A stretch of DNA of 64,000 nt from Minisyncoccota bacterium (GCA_035994985.1 DASYKZ010000013.1:1834-65833), one strand, 5' to 3'. Shown: positions 47,775 through 58,056, counted from the stretch's first letter. Made by a program: numbers and translations. Notes: a model not told the origin generated them from the sequence alone.

Positions 47775-48512
47775 ATGAGCCAATCATACTACATTTTACA
47801 GGACAGAGATCTACTCTTGGACAACCAAGGCAAGCGGTATCATTTAAAAATAAGAGACTTGCCCGAAGAAGAAAAACCCCGGGAAAAACTTTTAAAACAT
47901 GGCTTGGGGGCCTTGTCTGTTTCCGAGCTCTTGGCTGTAGTTTTAAATATCGGTACGACCAAGGAAGGAGTGCTGGAAATGTCAGAGAGGATACTCAAAG
48001 AGTATGGCGAGGGCGGCATCATGAGCCAAAAAAATCCTGCGGTGTTATCCAAAGACCTTGATTTGCCTATCGGCAAATCCATGCAAATCGTAGCCTGCTC
48101 GGAACTGGGCCGGAGATTCTTCCAAAAGAATGATTCTTCTCTCCCCACTATCCGGACTGCCAGCGAAATATTTAATTATGTGGGCGGCATGCGCAATCTC
48201 TCCAAAGAGCACTTGCGGGGCATTTATCTCAATGCCCATTACAAGGTTATCCACGATGAGGTCATTTCCATCGGCACAGTAGATGCTAATATCATCCATC
48301 CTCGGGAAGTGTTCAAGCCGGCGCTGGAGCATTCTGCCGTGGCCGTTATTTTGGTGCACAATCATCCTTCAGGCATTGCTGCTCCAAGCGAAGCCGACCT
48401 GTCGGTGACTGCCCAGCTTGTCGAAGCAGGCAAGCTTTTAGGGGTGGACTTAATAGACCATGTGATTGTCACCAAAGACGATTTCCTTAGTATTCCTGCC
48501 AGGTATAATTAG
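47775..48512 (+). CDS. radC: RadC/JAB-domain protein
   Basis: KPREKL, HPREVFK, HNHPSG...PSEAD, DHVIV. Confidence 0.93.
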   Translation: MSQSYYILQDRDLLLDNQGKRYHLKIRDLPEEEKPREKLLKHGLGALSVSELLAVVLNIGTTKEGVLEMSERILKEYGEGGIMSQKNPAVLSKDLDLPIGKSMQIVACSELGRRFFQKNDSSLPTIRTASEIFNYVGGMRNLSKEHLRGIYLNAHYKVIHDEVISIGTVDANIIHPREVFKPALEHSAVAVILVHNHPSGIAAPSEADLSVTAQLVEAGKLLGVDLIDHVIVTKDDFLSIPARYN

Positions 48513-48522
48513 ATATCAAAAT

Positions 48523-48921
48523 ATGTTTTCCTCTACTCTTTCACCATATACAATATCGCTTGCAAGACCTCTTGCCAAATATTGGCTTGTGAATGACAAG
48601 CCAGCCGCAAGGATATACGTACCTGCGCAAACTCCGCTTGAAGAACAGTCTTTTCATAAGAGCATGCTTTTCCATATTAAAGCGGGGGATTATATCACCA
48701 CTCTTGCCACTATCCTCCGGTTTTTCCAGGAATCCATCCATGATGAGAAAATAACCCCGGAAATGCGGGAGCTCCAACTCGCCTCCATCGGAAATATAAT
48801 CAAAGACCTGCTGTATCTCAACAAGCACTACACGATAGTGTCTAAAGATGAGAAAAAAGCCCAGAAAAAGCCAGATATTTCCCTTAAAAAAGTAAAAGTT
48901 CTAAATGGTAATATGCTCTGA
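48523..48921 (+). CDS. Hypothetical protein
   Basis: ORF fills the gap between radC and murE; ATG follows TATAAT. Confidence 0.6.
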   Translation: MFSSTLSPYTISLARPLAKYWLVNDKPAARIYVPAQTPLEEQSFHKSMLFHIKAGDYITTLATILRFFQESIHDEKITPEMRELQLASIGNIIKDLLYLNKHYTIVSKDEKKAQKKPDISLKKVKVLNGNML

Positions 48922-50133
48922 ATGAAAAATTCTCTGAAAAATTTAAAATTGAAAAGGCGGGCAATTGCGGCGATGGCCTCCATGCATCTTTTTGGCAACT
49001 CTTCCAAAAAGATGAAGGTCATAGGCGTGACTGGTACAAACGGCAAGACCACAGTAGCGACCCTCTTGTATAGAATAGCCATTAAGCTTGGGTTAAAAGC
49101 CGGCCTTATCAGTACAGTTGAAAATCTGGTAAACGGCGAGAAAATGTCAGCGAATTACAAACTGCATAATGCTCCCTCTACCACGCCCGACCCTATCTTT
49201 TTGCACAAATTATTAAATAAAATGGCCCACGAGAAATGCGAGTACGTGTTTATGGAGGTCACTTCGCATGCTCTCGACCAGGATAGGGTTGCCGGCGTAC
49301 ACTTTGCCGGTGGAATTTTTACCAATCTCACCCACGACCATCTGGACTATCATGGGAACATTGAAAATTATTTTGGCGCCAAAAAGAAATTTTTCAAGAT
49401 GCTGCCGCCTGCCGCTTTTGCGCTTTCAAATGCTGATGATAAATATGGACCGAGGATGCTAGAGGGAATCCGGGCTAAAAAATACACATATGGCCTAAAG
49501 AGCAAATCGGATTTTAGTGAAAAGCTAGAAACAAAATTAATCGGAGATTTTAATATATACAATGCTCTTGCCGCATATGCTGCGCTTACCTTGCTGGGCA
49601 TTGATGGTGGGAAAGTAAAAGAAGTGCTAAAAAACATCGAAGCCCCAAGAGGGCGCTTTGAACATTTCACATCGCCAAATGACGTATTGGTTATTGTAGA
49701 CTATGCGCATACCCCGGATGCGCTCGAGAATGTTTTAAAGACTGTGCAAAGCATTTTACCCGCCTCTGGAGGGGAAAAAAGGGGCAAAGTAATTTCTGTG
49801 TTTGGCTGTGGGGGCGACCGCGACCCGCTCAAGCGCCCTATAATGGGGAAAATCGGAGCAATGTTTTCTGATATCGCTATCTTTACTTCTGATAACCCAA
49901 GAGGGGAGAATCCCGAGAAAATAATAGAAGAAATGAAGGCAGATTTATCTGCGGAGGAATTAAGTAAAGTAAAATCCATTCCTGACAGGCGGGAAGCTAT
50001 CTTGGAATCAATCAAACTTGCGCAAAACGGCGACATTATTCTTTGCGCCGGCAAGGGGCATGAAGACTATCAGGAAATCAAAGGAGTGAAAAACCATTTT
50101 GACGACATGGAGGAATATAAAAAAGCTTTCTAA
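48922..50133 (+). CDS. murE: UDP-MurNAc-tripeptide synthetase (meso-DAP type)
   Basis: GVTGTNGKTT, MEVTSH, DHLDYH, DYAHTPD, DNPR, AGKGHE. Confidence 0.95.
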   Translation: MKNSLKNLKLKRRAIAAMASMHLFGNSSKKMKVIGVTGTNGKTTVATLLYRIAIKLGLKAGLISTVENLVNGEKMSANYKLHNAPSTTPDPIFLHKLLNKMAHEKCEYVFMEVTSHALDQDRVAGVHFAGGIFTNLTHDHLDYHGNIENYFGAKKKFFKMLPPAAFALSNADDKYGPRMLEGIRAKKYTYGLKSKSDFSEKLETKLIGDFNIYNALAAYAALTLLGIDGGKVKEVLKNIEAPRGRFEHFTSPNDVLVIVDYAHTPDALENVLKTVQSILPASGGEKRGKVISVFGCGGDRDPLKRPIMGKIGAMFSDIAIFTSDNPRGENPEKIIEEMKADLSAEELSKVKSIPDRREAILESIKLAQNGDIILCAGKGHEDYQEIKGVKNHFDDMEEYKKAF

Positions 50134-50165
50134 AAATATTTTGTTTTTTGTGCTAATATCATTTT

Positions 50166-51530
50166 ATGGTTGATACTATGGTTGATTTCAAGCAATTTTT
50201 TAAAGGCAAAAAGATTACTCTGATGCGGATAGGCTTGCTCGGGCGGGGGGTGGGCGACGCTGCTTTTTTGGCTGAATGCGGAGCCGAAGTTCTGGTAGTG
50301 GACGATGCCCCCAAAAAAGTAATGCAGCTCTCAGTCGACAAGCTGAAGAAATACAAAAATATTAAGTTTAAGTTTGGAAAATATGACCTCAAAGATTTTA
50401 GAAATTGCGACTTTGTGCTGAAAGGTGCAGGTACACCCATAGATTCACCTGAAATAACTCATGCTAAAAAGCACAATATTCCGATAGAAATGGACGTGTC
50501 TCTTTTTGCCAAGCTGGCTCCAGATGTTACCGTTATCGGAGTTACGGGAACAAGAGGGAAATCCATGACTACTGCGCTTATTTATGAAATTTTGTCCCAA
50601 GATATTAAAAACAAAAAGGTTTTTTTAGGCGGGAATGTGCGCGGGATTGCGACATTGCCGTTTCTTAAAAAAGCGAAAGCGGGAGATATTCTAGTGTGTG
50701 AGCTTGACTCTTGGCAGTTGCAGGGTTTTGGTGATTCAAAAATCTCGCCAAATATTGCCGTGTTCACTTCCTTTATGCCCGACCATATGAACTACTATAG
50801 GAATAGTATGAAAAAGTATTTTGGGGATAAGGCGAACATTTTTAAGTATCAAAAAAAGGAAGACGTATTAATTATTCGTCCGAATGTGAAAAAACTAATA
50901 CAAAAAGAACTTAAAAACCTGCCTGCCGGTAGGCAGGGCAGGCTGATTGTGATAAAGGCAGAAGATGCAGATGAGTATACGTCGACCCTGCCCGGAAAAT
51001 TCCAGAAAGAAAATCTGGCTTGCGCCGTAGCTGTGGCTCTGGAATTTGATATATCTGTCTCGCAAATAAAGAAAGCAGTGAGAAATTTTAAAGGATTGGA
51101 AGGAAGGCTGCAGTATTTAAAAACAGTTAAAAGGGTAAAAATATACAACGACAATAACGCTACTACTCCGGAAGCAACCATGGCGGGAATTGAAGCGCTT
51201 TCACTGAATTTTAAAGATAAAAAAATTATATTAATTTGCGGCGGAGCGGATAAAAATTTACCCCTTGATGATTTTATAAAAGTTTTAAATAAATATTGCA
51301 AAATTGTCATTACTATTCCCGGCAAAGGGACTGATAGGCTGCTTGGTAAAAAGCTAAAAACAGAAAATTACCAAGCCAAAAATTTAAAAGAAGCTGTAGC
51401 CAAAGGGGAAGAGTACGCAGAAAAGGGTGATATAATTCTTTTCTCTCCGGCCTTCAGTTCGTTTAGCCAATACAAAAATGAGTACGAGCGAGGTGATGAA
51501 TTTATCAAAATTACAAAAAACTTGAAATAA
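50166..51530 (+). CDS. murD: UDP-MurNAc-L-Ala--D-Glu ligase
   Basis: GVTGTRGKSMT, ELDSWQL, DHMNYY, YNDNNAT, FSPAFSSF. Confidence 0.93.
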   Translation: MVDTMVDFKQFFKGKKITLMRIGLLGRGVGDAAFLAECGAEVLVVDDAPKKVMQLSVDKLKKYKNIKFKFGKYDLKDFRNCDFVLKGAGTPIDSPEITHAKKHNIPIEMDVSLFAKLAPDVTVIGVTGTRGKSMTTALIYEILSQDIKNKKVFLGGNVRGIATLPFLKKAKAGDILVCELDSWQLQGFGDSKISPNIAVFTSFMPDHMNYYRNSMKKYFGDKANIFKYQKKEDVLIIRPNVKKLIQKELKNLPAGRQGRLIVIKAEDADEYTSTLPGKFQKENLACAVAVALEFDISVSQIKKAVRNFKGLEGRLQYLKTVKRVKIYNDNNATTPEATMAGIEALSLNFKDKKIILICGGADKNLPLDDFIKVLNKYCKIVITIPGKGTDRLLGKKLKTENYQAKNLKEAVAKGEEYAEKGDIILFSPAFSSFSQYKNEYERGDEFIKITKNLK

Positions 51531-51531
51531 G

Positions 51532-52698
51532 GTGAAATACTTATTAATAAAAATATTTTGGTTTTTTGGAAGACCGGTGCAAAAATTATATTGGTTTATA
51601 TTTCGACCAACCTTAAGGGGTGTTAAATGTATTATTGAAAATAATGACAAGTTTTTACTAGTGAAATTAAACTATGCTCACCACAAATGGATAATTCCTG
51701 GCGGAGGGATCAAAAAGAATGAGTCATCTTTACAAGCGGTCATTAGAGAAACTAAAGAAGAAGTCGGTATTGATATAAAAGATTTAGTGTATATAGGTTC
51801 ATATATAAGCCAAAAAGATTATAAAGAAACTATTGTTGAGATTTTCCTCACTAATTCAGATATACTAGATACTAAGATAGATCCAATAGAAATTGAAAAG
51901 GCTGAATGGTTTGAAAGATCAAATTTTCCTGAAAATATTGGCGTTTCAATTCCTAAAGTTTTTAAAATATATGACGAATTTAGACTTAAAAAAAATAATA
52001 AAATTGCGAAAAAACGAGATTTTATAATTGAATTCAATGATAAAAAAATATATGGAGACATTATTTCCAAAGATTCTCAAATAGATATTTTATTTATTCA
52101 CGGCGCCGGCACTACAAACAGAGTACGATATGAACAATTTAGAGGATTTCTTGCTTCAAAAAATATTTCTTCAGCTATGGTCGACCTTATCGGTCATGGT
52201 GAAACTGGAGGCGATATTAAAAATACCAGTTTACAAGAAAGGACAGAAGAAATTTTAGCTGTTGTAAAGGATTTGAAAATTGAGACACCTCTTAAAATTA
52301 TCGCATTTAGCATGGGAGGATACAACGCCATAAAACTTACTGAACTTTTAGAGGTAGAACTTCTGGTTTTATTTGCCCCGGCAGTATATGACACAAGAGC
52401 TCGTGAGGTAAAATTTGGAGCAGGTTTTTCTGAAATTATTAGAAGCGAATATAGCTGGCAAAAAAGCGATGCATGGAATATATTAGATACATATAAAGGA
52501 AAACTATTGCTGTGCATAGGAGATAAAGATGATGTGATACCTTTTGAGATTGTTCAGACAATATATGATAGTGCAAAAAATGCAAAGTATAAGGAAATAT
52601 TTATTATGCCGGAAAGCGGACATAAGGTAAGCTTATATTTGAAAGAAAAACCTGATATGATGGAGATTGTTACTCAAAAAATAATAAAACTTCTATAA
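51532..52698 (+). CDS. NUDIX + alpha/beta-hydrolase fusion
   Basis: PGGG...RETKEEVG; HGAG, AFSMGG nucleophile elbow, DDVIP, SGH. Confidence 0.85.
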   Translation: MKYLLIKIFWFFGRPVQKLYWFIFRPTLRGVKCIIENNDKFLLVKLNYAHHKWIIPGGGIKKNESSLQAVIRETKEEVGIDIKDLVYIGSYISQKDYKETIVEIFLTNSDILDTKIDPIEIEKAEWFERSNFPENIGVSIPKVFKIYDEFRLKKNNKIAKKRDFIIEFNDKKIYGDIISKDSQIDILFIHGAGTTNRVRYEQFRGFLASKNISSAMVDLIGHGETGGDIKNTSLQERTEEILAVVKDLKIETPLKIIAFSMGGYNAIKLTELLEVELLVLFAPAVYDTRAREVKFGAGFSEIIRSEYSWQKSDAWNILDTYKGKLLLCIGDKDDVIPFEIVQTIYDSAKNAKYKEIFIMPESGHKVSLYLKEKPDMMEIVTQKIIKLL

Positions 52699-52699
52699 A

Positions 52700-54037
52700 A
52701 TGAAAGAGTTGGATTTATCAAAAATTAATAAGATATTTTTCCTCGGAATCGGGGGAATTGGCATTTCGGCCATAGCCCGCATGATGCTGCTTGAGGGTAA
52801 AACTGTGCTCGGTTCAGACATAGGGGAAAATGAAGTGACATCTGAGCTCAAGAAATTTGGAGCTTTGATAGAGACAGGGCAGGAGCTAAGCCTCATCCCC
52901 AAAGACGTCGACCTCATAATTTACACTATTGCTGTGCCGAGATATGACCCAAAGCTATTTGCTGAAATCAAAAGCGCTTTCAATGTGCCGATATTGAGCT
53001 ATCCAGAGATGCTCGGCGTAGTCACCGCCGACAAGAACACCATCGCCGTTTCCGGCACCCATGGCAAGACGACGACGACGGCAATGATAGCCAAGATTTT
53101 GATTGATGCCAAAAAAGACCCGTCAGTAATTATCGGCTCTTTTTTCGTAGAGAACCAAGAGAATAAAACAAACATCATAGTAGGCAAAAGCGACCTCTTC
53201 GTGGTTGAAGCCTGTGAATACGAACGCTCATTTTTAAATATAAAGCCTAAAATTTTAGTAATTACAAATATAGAGGCCGACCATCTAGATTACTATAAAG
53301 ATTTGGAAGACATAGAGTCAGCCTTTTCTGAGCTTACGCTCCAGACCGAGAATTTTATAGTCCGCAACTCAAACGATATGTCCATGAAAAATGTCCTGCA
53401 AAATGTCTTACAAAGGAGTTCCAAAGCTAAAATCATAGATTATACTAAATATTTGGATAAAGTTCCAAAGCTATTGGTGGCCGGGGAGCACAATAGGATG
53501 AATGCAGCGGCAGCTTTAGCGGTAGCTGAAATTTTACAAATACCTGATGAGGCTGCCTTCAAGGCTCTCTCTCTATTCAAAGGCACATGGCGCCGGCTCG
53601 AGAAGAAAGGGGAAACCAAAGAGGGCGTGATAATATACGACGATTATGCCCACCATCCGACCGAGATAAGGGCCAGCCTGCAGGCGCTTCGCGAGCTTTA
53701 CCCCGCAAATTCAAAAAGAATTATAGTCCTGTTTCAGCCCCACCTCTACAGCCGGACCAAGGCGCTCTTTGAGAATTTTACTAAAAGCTTTACGGGTGCG
53801 GACAAAGTCCTGATTCTGCCTATCTATTTTGCCCGGGAGGAGAAGGACGAAAGCATTTCGAGCGAAAAACTCGCCGAGGCTATCCGGCGGGAAAGGGCCG
53901 ATTCTGAGGCTTTTTCTAGCTTTGAACTGGCAGAAAATGCTATAAAAAGCCTTAATTTAGGAGCAAATGACGTATTTGTGACCATGGGAGCCGGCGAGGC
54001 GCATAAGGTTACCGACAAAATCTTCCAAATTGGTTAG
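52700..54037 (+). CDS. murC: UDP-MurNAc--L-Ala ligase
   Basis: GIGGIGIS, GTHGKTTT, EACEY, DHLDYY, DDYAHHPTE, FQPHLYSRT. Confidence 0.96.
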   Translation: MKELDLSKINKIFFLGIGGIGISAIARMMLLEGKTVLGSDIGENEVTSELKKFGALIETGQELSLIPKDVDLIIYTIAVPRYDPKLFAEIKSAFNVPILSYPEMLGVVTADKNTIAVSGTHGKTTTTAMIAKILIDAKKDPSVIIGSFFVENQENKTNIIVGKSDLFVVEACEYERSFLNIKPKILVITNIEADHLDYYKDLEDIESAFSELTLQTENFIVRNSNDMSMKNVLQNVLQRSSKAKIIDYTKYLDKVPKLLVAGEHNRMNAAAALAVAEILQIPDEAAFKALSLFKGTWRRLEKKGETKEGVIIYDDYAHHPTEIRASLQALRELYPANSKRIIVLFQPHLYSRTKALFENFTKSFTGADKVLILPIYFAREEKDESISSEKLAEAIRRERADSEAFSSFELAENAIKSLNLGANDVFVTMGAGEAHKVTDKIFQIG

Positions 54038-54098
54038 ATTGTTTTCCCCAAGTCAAAACTATGCTATTTTTTATATATTTTGTCAAGTTTAAGGCTTT

Positions 54099-54126
54099 AA
54101 AATATCCTTATAAATAAGGATATTTT
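54099..54126. terminator. Inverted repeat (terminator or operator)
   Basis: AAAATATCCTTAT-AA-ATAAGGATATTTT. Confidence 0.45.
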
Positions 54127-54299
54127 GTATTTGACACCCCTAAAATTTATTGCATAACCATTGACTTTTTTGGCTTAAAGTGATAATATATTTGCAGGTC
54201 TTTATCCCATAGGCGCTTGCTAAATAAGCTTATAGATAAGGACTTTTGTCTAAGTCATACATAGAAGTACGGAGTTTCGCGGAGCACAACCGCTAAAAT

Positions 54300-55019
54300 A
54301 TGAAAAACAAACATGGTTCGGTTTCGGTCTCAGTTCCGGTAATATGTAAATGTCATCCCATTCCTAGTGGGAGCGGAATTCTCCGAAGCAAAAATTTAAT
54401 ACGAGTTATAGAGTCTTTTGTCATATTGCCGGCAATCGCCCTTTCTATCATTTTTGGTGGTATTTTAGGTTCGATGAAAGGTGATATTGGATATCCTCAA
54501 ATCGTCCTTGCCCAGCAAGAGATGGATGTGAGCGGCCTGCCAATTTTTGACAAACAGACTGTGGAAGACAAAGCTCACATGCTTGAAGCTCAGGCGAACG
54601 CCATCGATGCTTACTTTGCCGCCCGAGGTATGCCGATGAAAGGTACAGGAATGAAGATGGCTGAAGAAGCCTACAAGAATGGCATCGACTGGCGCTTACT
54701 ACCGGCTATCGCTGTACGTGAATCTACGGGAGGCAAGCATGGTTGTAAATCAGTACCTAATTCAGATTTTGGTTATGGTTCATGTAAAATTCCGTTTGAT
54801 TCCAAGGATCACGAAATTGAGGTTGTAGCTAGAAATCTAGGTGGCAATAATCCAAATACCGCTAAGCACTATGATGGCAAAACCACTAAACAAATTTTAC
54901 AAAAATACAATCCTCCATCCGTCATTCCTCATTATTACGAGCAAGTTTTAGCTATCATGAATGCAATAGGGGAAGACCCAGGTAAGGCAGCTACCACAGT
55001 AGCTATTTCAAATACATAA
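54300..55019 (+). CDS. Membrane-anchored lysozyme-fold (glucosaminidase/transglycosylase-like) protein
   Basis: TM; GIDWRLLPAIAVRESTGG catalytic-Glu motif; YNP...Y..QV. Confidence 0.7.
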   Translation: MKNKHGSVSVSVPVICKCHPIPSGSGILRSKNLIRVIESFVILPAIALSIIFGGILGSMKGDIGYPQIVLAQQEMDVSGLPIFDKQTVEDKAHMLEAQANAIDAYFAARGMPMKGTGMKMAEEAYKNGIDWRLLPAIAVRESTGGKHGCKSVPNSDFGYGSCKIPFDSKDHEIEVVARNLGGNNPNTAKHYDGKTTKQILQKYNPPSVIPHYYEQVLAIMNAIGEDPGKAATTVAISNT

Positions 55020-55038
55020 TTACTTAAAGAGAAAATAA

Positions 55039-55077
55039 AAAAAATCCCACACATAAGACTTATGTGTGGGATTTTTT
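55039..55077. terminator. Bidirectional terminator
   Basis: AAAAAATCCCACACATAAG-A-CTTATGTGTGGGATTTTTT between convergent genes. Confidence 0.85.
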
Positions 55078-55094
55078 GTTTAGTATCCGGAATA

Positions 55095-56177
55095 TTATTC
55101 CAGATATACCAAAGTCATCTTCTGGTCTTTCGGTTCAAAGAGGGTGATTTGGAAGTTGTATGTCTTACCAAGTTCCAATTTTTGATGCAGTTCCGCCTCA
55201 GAAGCAAAAGTGGAATTGTGTACCAGTCCGGCCACTCCTTCCTTGATGGAGATGAGCGCGCCATGCCTGTTGTACTTGATTACTACTCCTTTGATGATGT
55301 CTCCTTTGGATAGTTTTTTCTCAAATTCTTTCCATGGATTCTCCTTTAAAGCCTTGATAGACAAGGATATTTTGCCTTCTTTTATTTCGATTACTTTGGC
55401 CTGGACTTGGTCGCCAAGTTTAAACATCGCCCGGGGATCCTCTACCAGGCCCCAGTCGAGTTCAGAAATATGCACTAGTCCTTCCAGTCCGTCTTCCAGC
55501 TTTAGAAACACTCCAAAGTCTACAATACCAGCTACAGTACAGTTTAGATTGTCTCCGACATTGTATTTGCTCAGTATTTCTTTCTTGTCTTCAGGGTTGT
55601 TGTCTTTTTCAGAGAATATAAGTTTGCCTTCGGCGGGAAGGGTAGAGATGATGATTACCGGAATGCTCTCTCCGACTAATTTCTTCAGTTCTTTTAGTAT
55701 CTTGTCTTTGTCGGAGTCTAATACGCGCGGGTAGTGCTCGGCTTTGAGCTGGGAAGCCGGCAAGAAGCCTTGGATACCTTGCCACTCCAGGATAAGTCCG
55801 CCTTTGTTGGCATCTTTCACTTCAAGGTTTAATACTGTCTTTGCCTTGATGGCTTTTTCAGCTTCATTCCAAGTGACTGCCTGCTTTGCCTCTTTTAGGG
55901 AAAGCTCGGTGTATCCTTCAGTATTTTCCACGTCGACGACTTTGGCTTTTATCATGTCGCCCACCCGTATTTTCTTGATTATATCTTTAGCGTTGATAAA
56001 CTCGCGGCCATAAATGATGCCTGTGCCAAATGGCGCCAAGTCGATGAAGACTGACGATTTTTGGACCAGTATGACCATTCCCTCTACTATAGAGTCCGCT
56101 TGGGGCTTGATAAGGCTCCTCGTGACTATAGACTTCAAAACTGGGTTCTCTGCTACTGTTGTTTCTTCTTTATCCAT
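55095..56177 (-). CDS. rpsA: 30S ribosomal protein S1 (short form)
   Basis: About four S1 domains (GFLPASQL, FGVF..GLVHISEL, GLVH); start set at MDKEE. Confidence 0.85.
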   Translation of the reverse strand: MDKEETTVAENPVLKSIVTRSLIKPQADSIVEGMVILVQKSSVFIDLAPFGTGIIYGREFINAKDIIKKIRVGDMIKAKVVDVENTEGYTELSLKEAKQAVTWNEAEKAIKAKTVLNLEVKDANKGGLILEWQGIQGFLPASQLKAEHYPRVLDSDKDKILKELKKLVGESIPVIIISTLPAEGKLIFSEKDNNPEDKKEILSKYNVGDNLNCTVAGIVDFGVFLKLEDGLEGLVHISELDWGLVEDPRAMFKLGDQVQAKVIEIKEGKISLSIKALKENPWKEFEKKLSKGDIIKGVVIKYNRHGALISIKEGVAGLVHNSTFASEAELHQKLELGKTYNFQITLFEPKDQKMTLVYLE

Positions 56178-56356
56178 ACTATTAATTTTATGCGCCTCTG
56201 GCGCGAAAAAATCCGCCTCAAAGCGGATAAAAGGTCTAGGTTCTAAAGAGGCTACGTACACTCAATAGGGTTACCCTAAATCCATGCTTTTAATAAATAC
56301 TCAAATACATCAACATATTACTATAAACTCACAAAAATGCAAGCTGTTTTATTGCT

Positions 56357-57310
56357 TTATTTTTTTTCAGATTGTCTGAGTATTTCACTAGCTTCTTCCT
56401 TGCTTATATATCCATTCTTTACCCAACCGTTAACAGTACTCTTAAAAGTGTGAGGACCTGCAACAGCAGCTTTTTTGATATCACTAAGTACAAATTTCTT
56501 TACGAAGGGAAAATCCATTACTTCTTCTCGTGTAATATAGTTTACTTTTATCCAATCCTTTATTGTTGATTCGAAGGTTGCTGGACCCGTAATAGCAGCT
56601 TTTTTGATATCATTGATTACAAATTCTCTTACGAATGGAAGAGCTTGTATCTCCTTAAAGGTTATATATTCATCTTTTATCCAATCCTTTATTGTTGATT
56701 TGAAAGTTGATGGACCTATAACAGCAGCTTTTTTGATATCACTAAGTACAAATTTCTTTACGAAGGGAAGATTGACAATTTCTGCTTTCGTGATGATTCC
56801 TGTTTTTACCCAATTATTAACAATTCCCTTAAAAGTATAAGGACCTGTGTTTTGGGCTTCTTCTATTTCTTTAATTGCTCTAGCCTTTTTTTTCTCAGCA
56901 GATTCTGGGGGTTGTGTCGGTCTTGGTGGAGGAGAGTAAGTTTTTTGATTACGTGGTGGAGTAGAAGAATAAGTTTTATTTGAGCCTGAAGTTGGTGGCG
57001 GAGTCCATCGACCGTGCTTTCGGTCATATCTTGTTTTTTGTTCTTGGTTAGTTAAGGTATTTTTTGCTTCTGAATATAAACTGAAAATTTCCTTGTAAGA
57101 TTCCTCTAGCTCTTTGTGTTTTCCATCTGGATGAAATTGAGTAGCTGATTTTCTGAAAGCTTTATTAATCTCATCAGTTGTAGCACTTGTTGAAAGTTTA
57201 AGCCGAGAATAAAAATCCTGCCCAGATAGCTGGTTAGCTAATTGAGCTAGCCGAGCTTTTTCTGCGGGCAAATTATTTTCTTTTGTTCCATGGCCAGGGA
57301 CACTATCCAT
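56357..57310 (-). CDS. J-domain protein with Pro-rich linker and 43-aa tandem repeats
   Basis: DFYSRL...EINKAFRK...FHPD...R.RYD; about four repeats of FVLSDIKKAA..GP.TFKSTI..W.K..YIT..E...PF. Confidence 0.85.
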   Translation of the reverse strand: MDSVPGHGTKENNLPAEKARLAQLANQLSGQDFYSRLKLSTSATTDEINKAFRKSATQFHPDGKHKELEESYKEIFSLYSEAKNTLTNQEQKTRYDRKHGRWTPPPTSGSNKTYSSTPPRNQKTYSPPPRPTQPPESAEKKKARAIKEIEEAQNTGPYTFKGIVNNWVKTGIITKAEIVNLPFVKKFVLSDIKKAAVIGPSTFKSTIKDWIKDEYITFKEIQALPFVREFVINDIKKAAITGPATFESTIKDWIKVNYITREEVMDFPFVKKFVLSDIKKAAVAGPHTFKSTVNGWVKNGYISKEEASEILRQSEKK

Positions 57311-57394
57311 AATATTTTCATTATACGTATTTATAATGAAATAACAAGTAAATACAGCTACCTTTTTCTTAGATTTTTTGCTATAATAAACCAA

Positions 57395-58039
57395 ATGATT
57401 ATCACATATTTCGGAAAACAGTTTTTTAAGATAGAGCAGGGCAAGCTGGTCATAGCTTTCAATCCCGTCAGCAAGGCCTCAAAAACAGGCATCAATACCA
57501 AGTTTGGTGCAGACATTGCTCTGGTTACCGCGAACCATGCTGATTACAATGGCCTTGAGCAGCTCTCCCACGGAGAGCGTTCGCCCTTTATCGTGAATGG
57601 TCCGGGAGACTACGAAGTCAAAGAAATTTTCATCAAAGGCGTATTGTCCAACGCTTCCATTGCCGGCAGGAATTATATCAATACCATTTATTCATTTTCA
57701 GTCGACAATATAAATATTGTATTTTTGGGAGTGCTCGGAAACATAGAGCTTTCCAAAGAAGCCCGCGAAGCAATCAGCAATTCTGATATTCTTTTTATAC
57801 CTATAGGAGGCAAAGACTCCGGGACCGGAGCAAGCTTACTAGATGCCAAAGGCGCGGCCAAGCTGGCCTCTGTCCTAGAACCCAAGCTCATCATACCGAT
57901 GGATTACGACGCTGCCTCGCTCAAAGCATTCCTCAAAGAATCCGGAGAAGAAAAAGCTGAAGTCGTAGACAAGCTGACGCTTAAATTAAAAGATTTAGAT
58001 AATAAAGAGGGGGAAGTAATCGTACTTCAGGCAATTTAA
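57395..58039 (+). CDS. Metallo-beta-lactamase-fold protein (degenerate)
   Basis: ADIALVTANHADYN, GPGDYEV, DILFIPIGG, PKLIIPM. Confidence 0.8.
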   Translation: MIITYFGKQFFKIEQGKLVIAFNPVSKASKTGINTKFGADIALVTANHADYNGLEQLSHGERSPFIVNGPGDYEVKEIFIKGVLSNASIAGRNYINTIYSFSVDNINIVFLGVLGNIELSKEAREAISNSDILFIPIGGKDSGTGASLLDAKGAAKLASVLEPKLIIPMDYDAASLKAFLKESGEEKAEVVDKLTLKLKDLDNKEGEVIVLQAI

Positions 58040-58056
58040 TAATTTAAATTAAATAT

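Noticed and set aside
56400-56860. CRISPR-like or DGR-like repeats
   Set aside because: The 129-bp period is an in-frame coding repeat with no spacers, cas genes or reverse transcriptase. The same applies to the 27-bp pilin repeats near 63468-63545.
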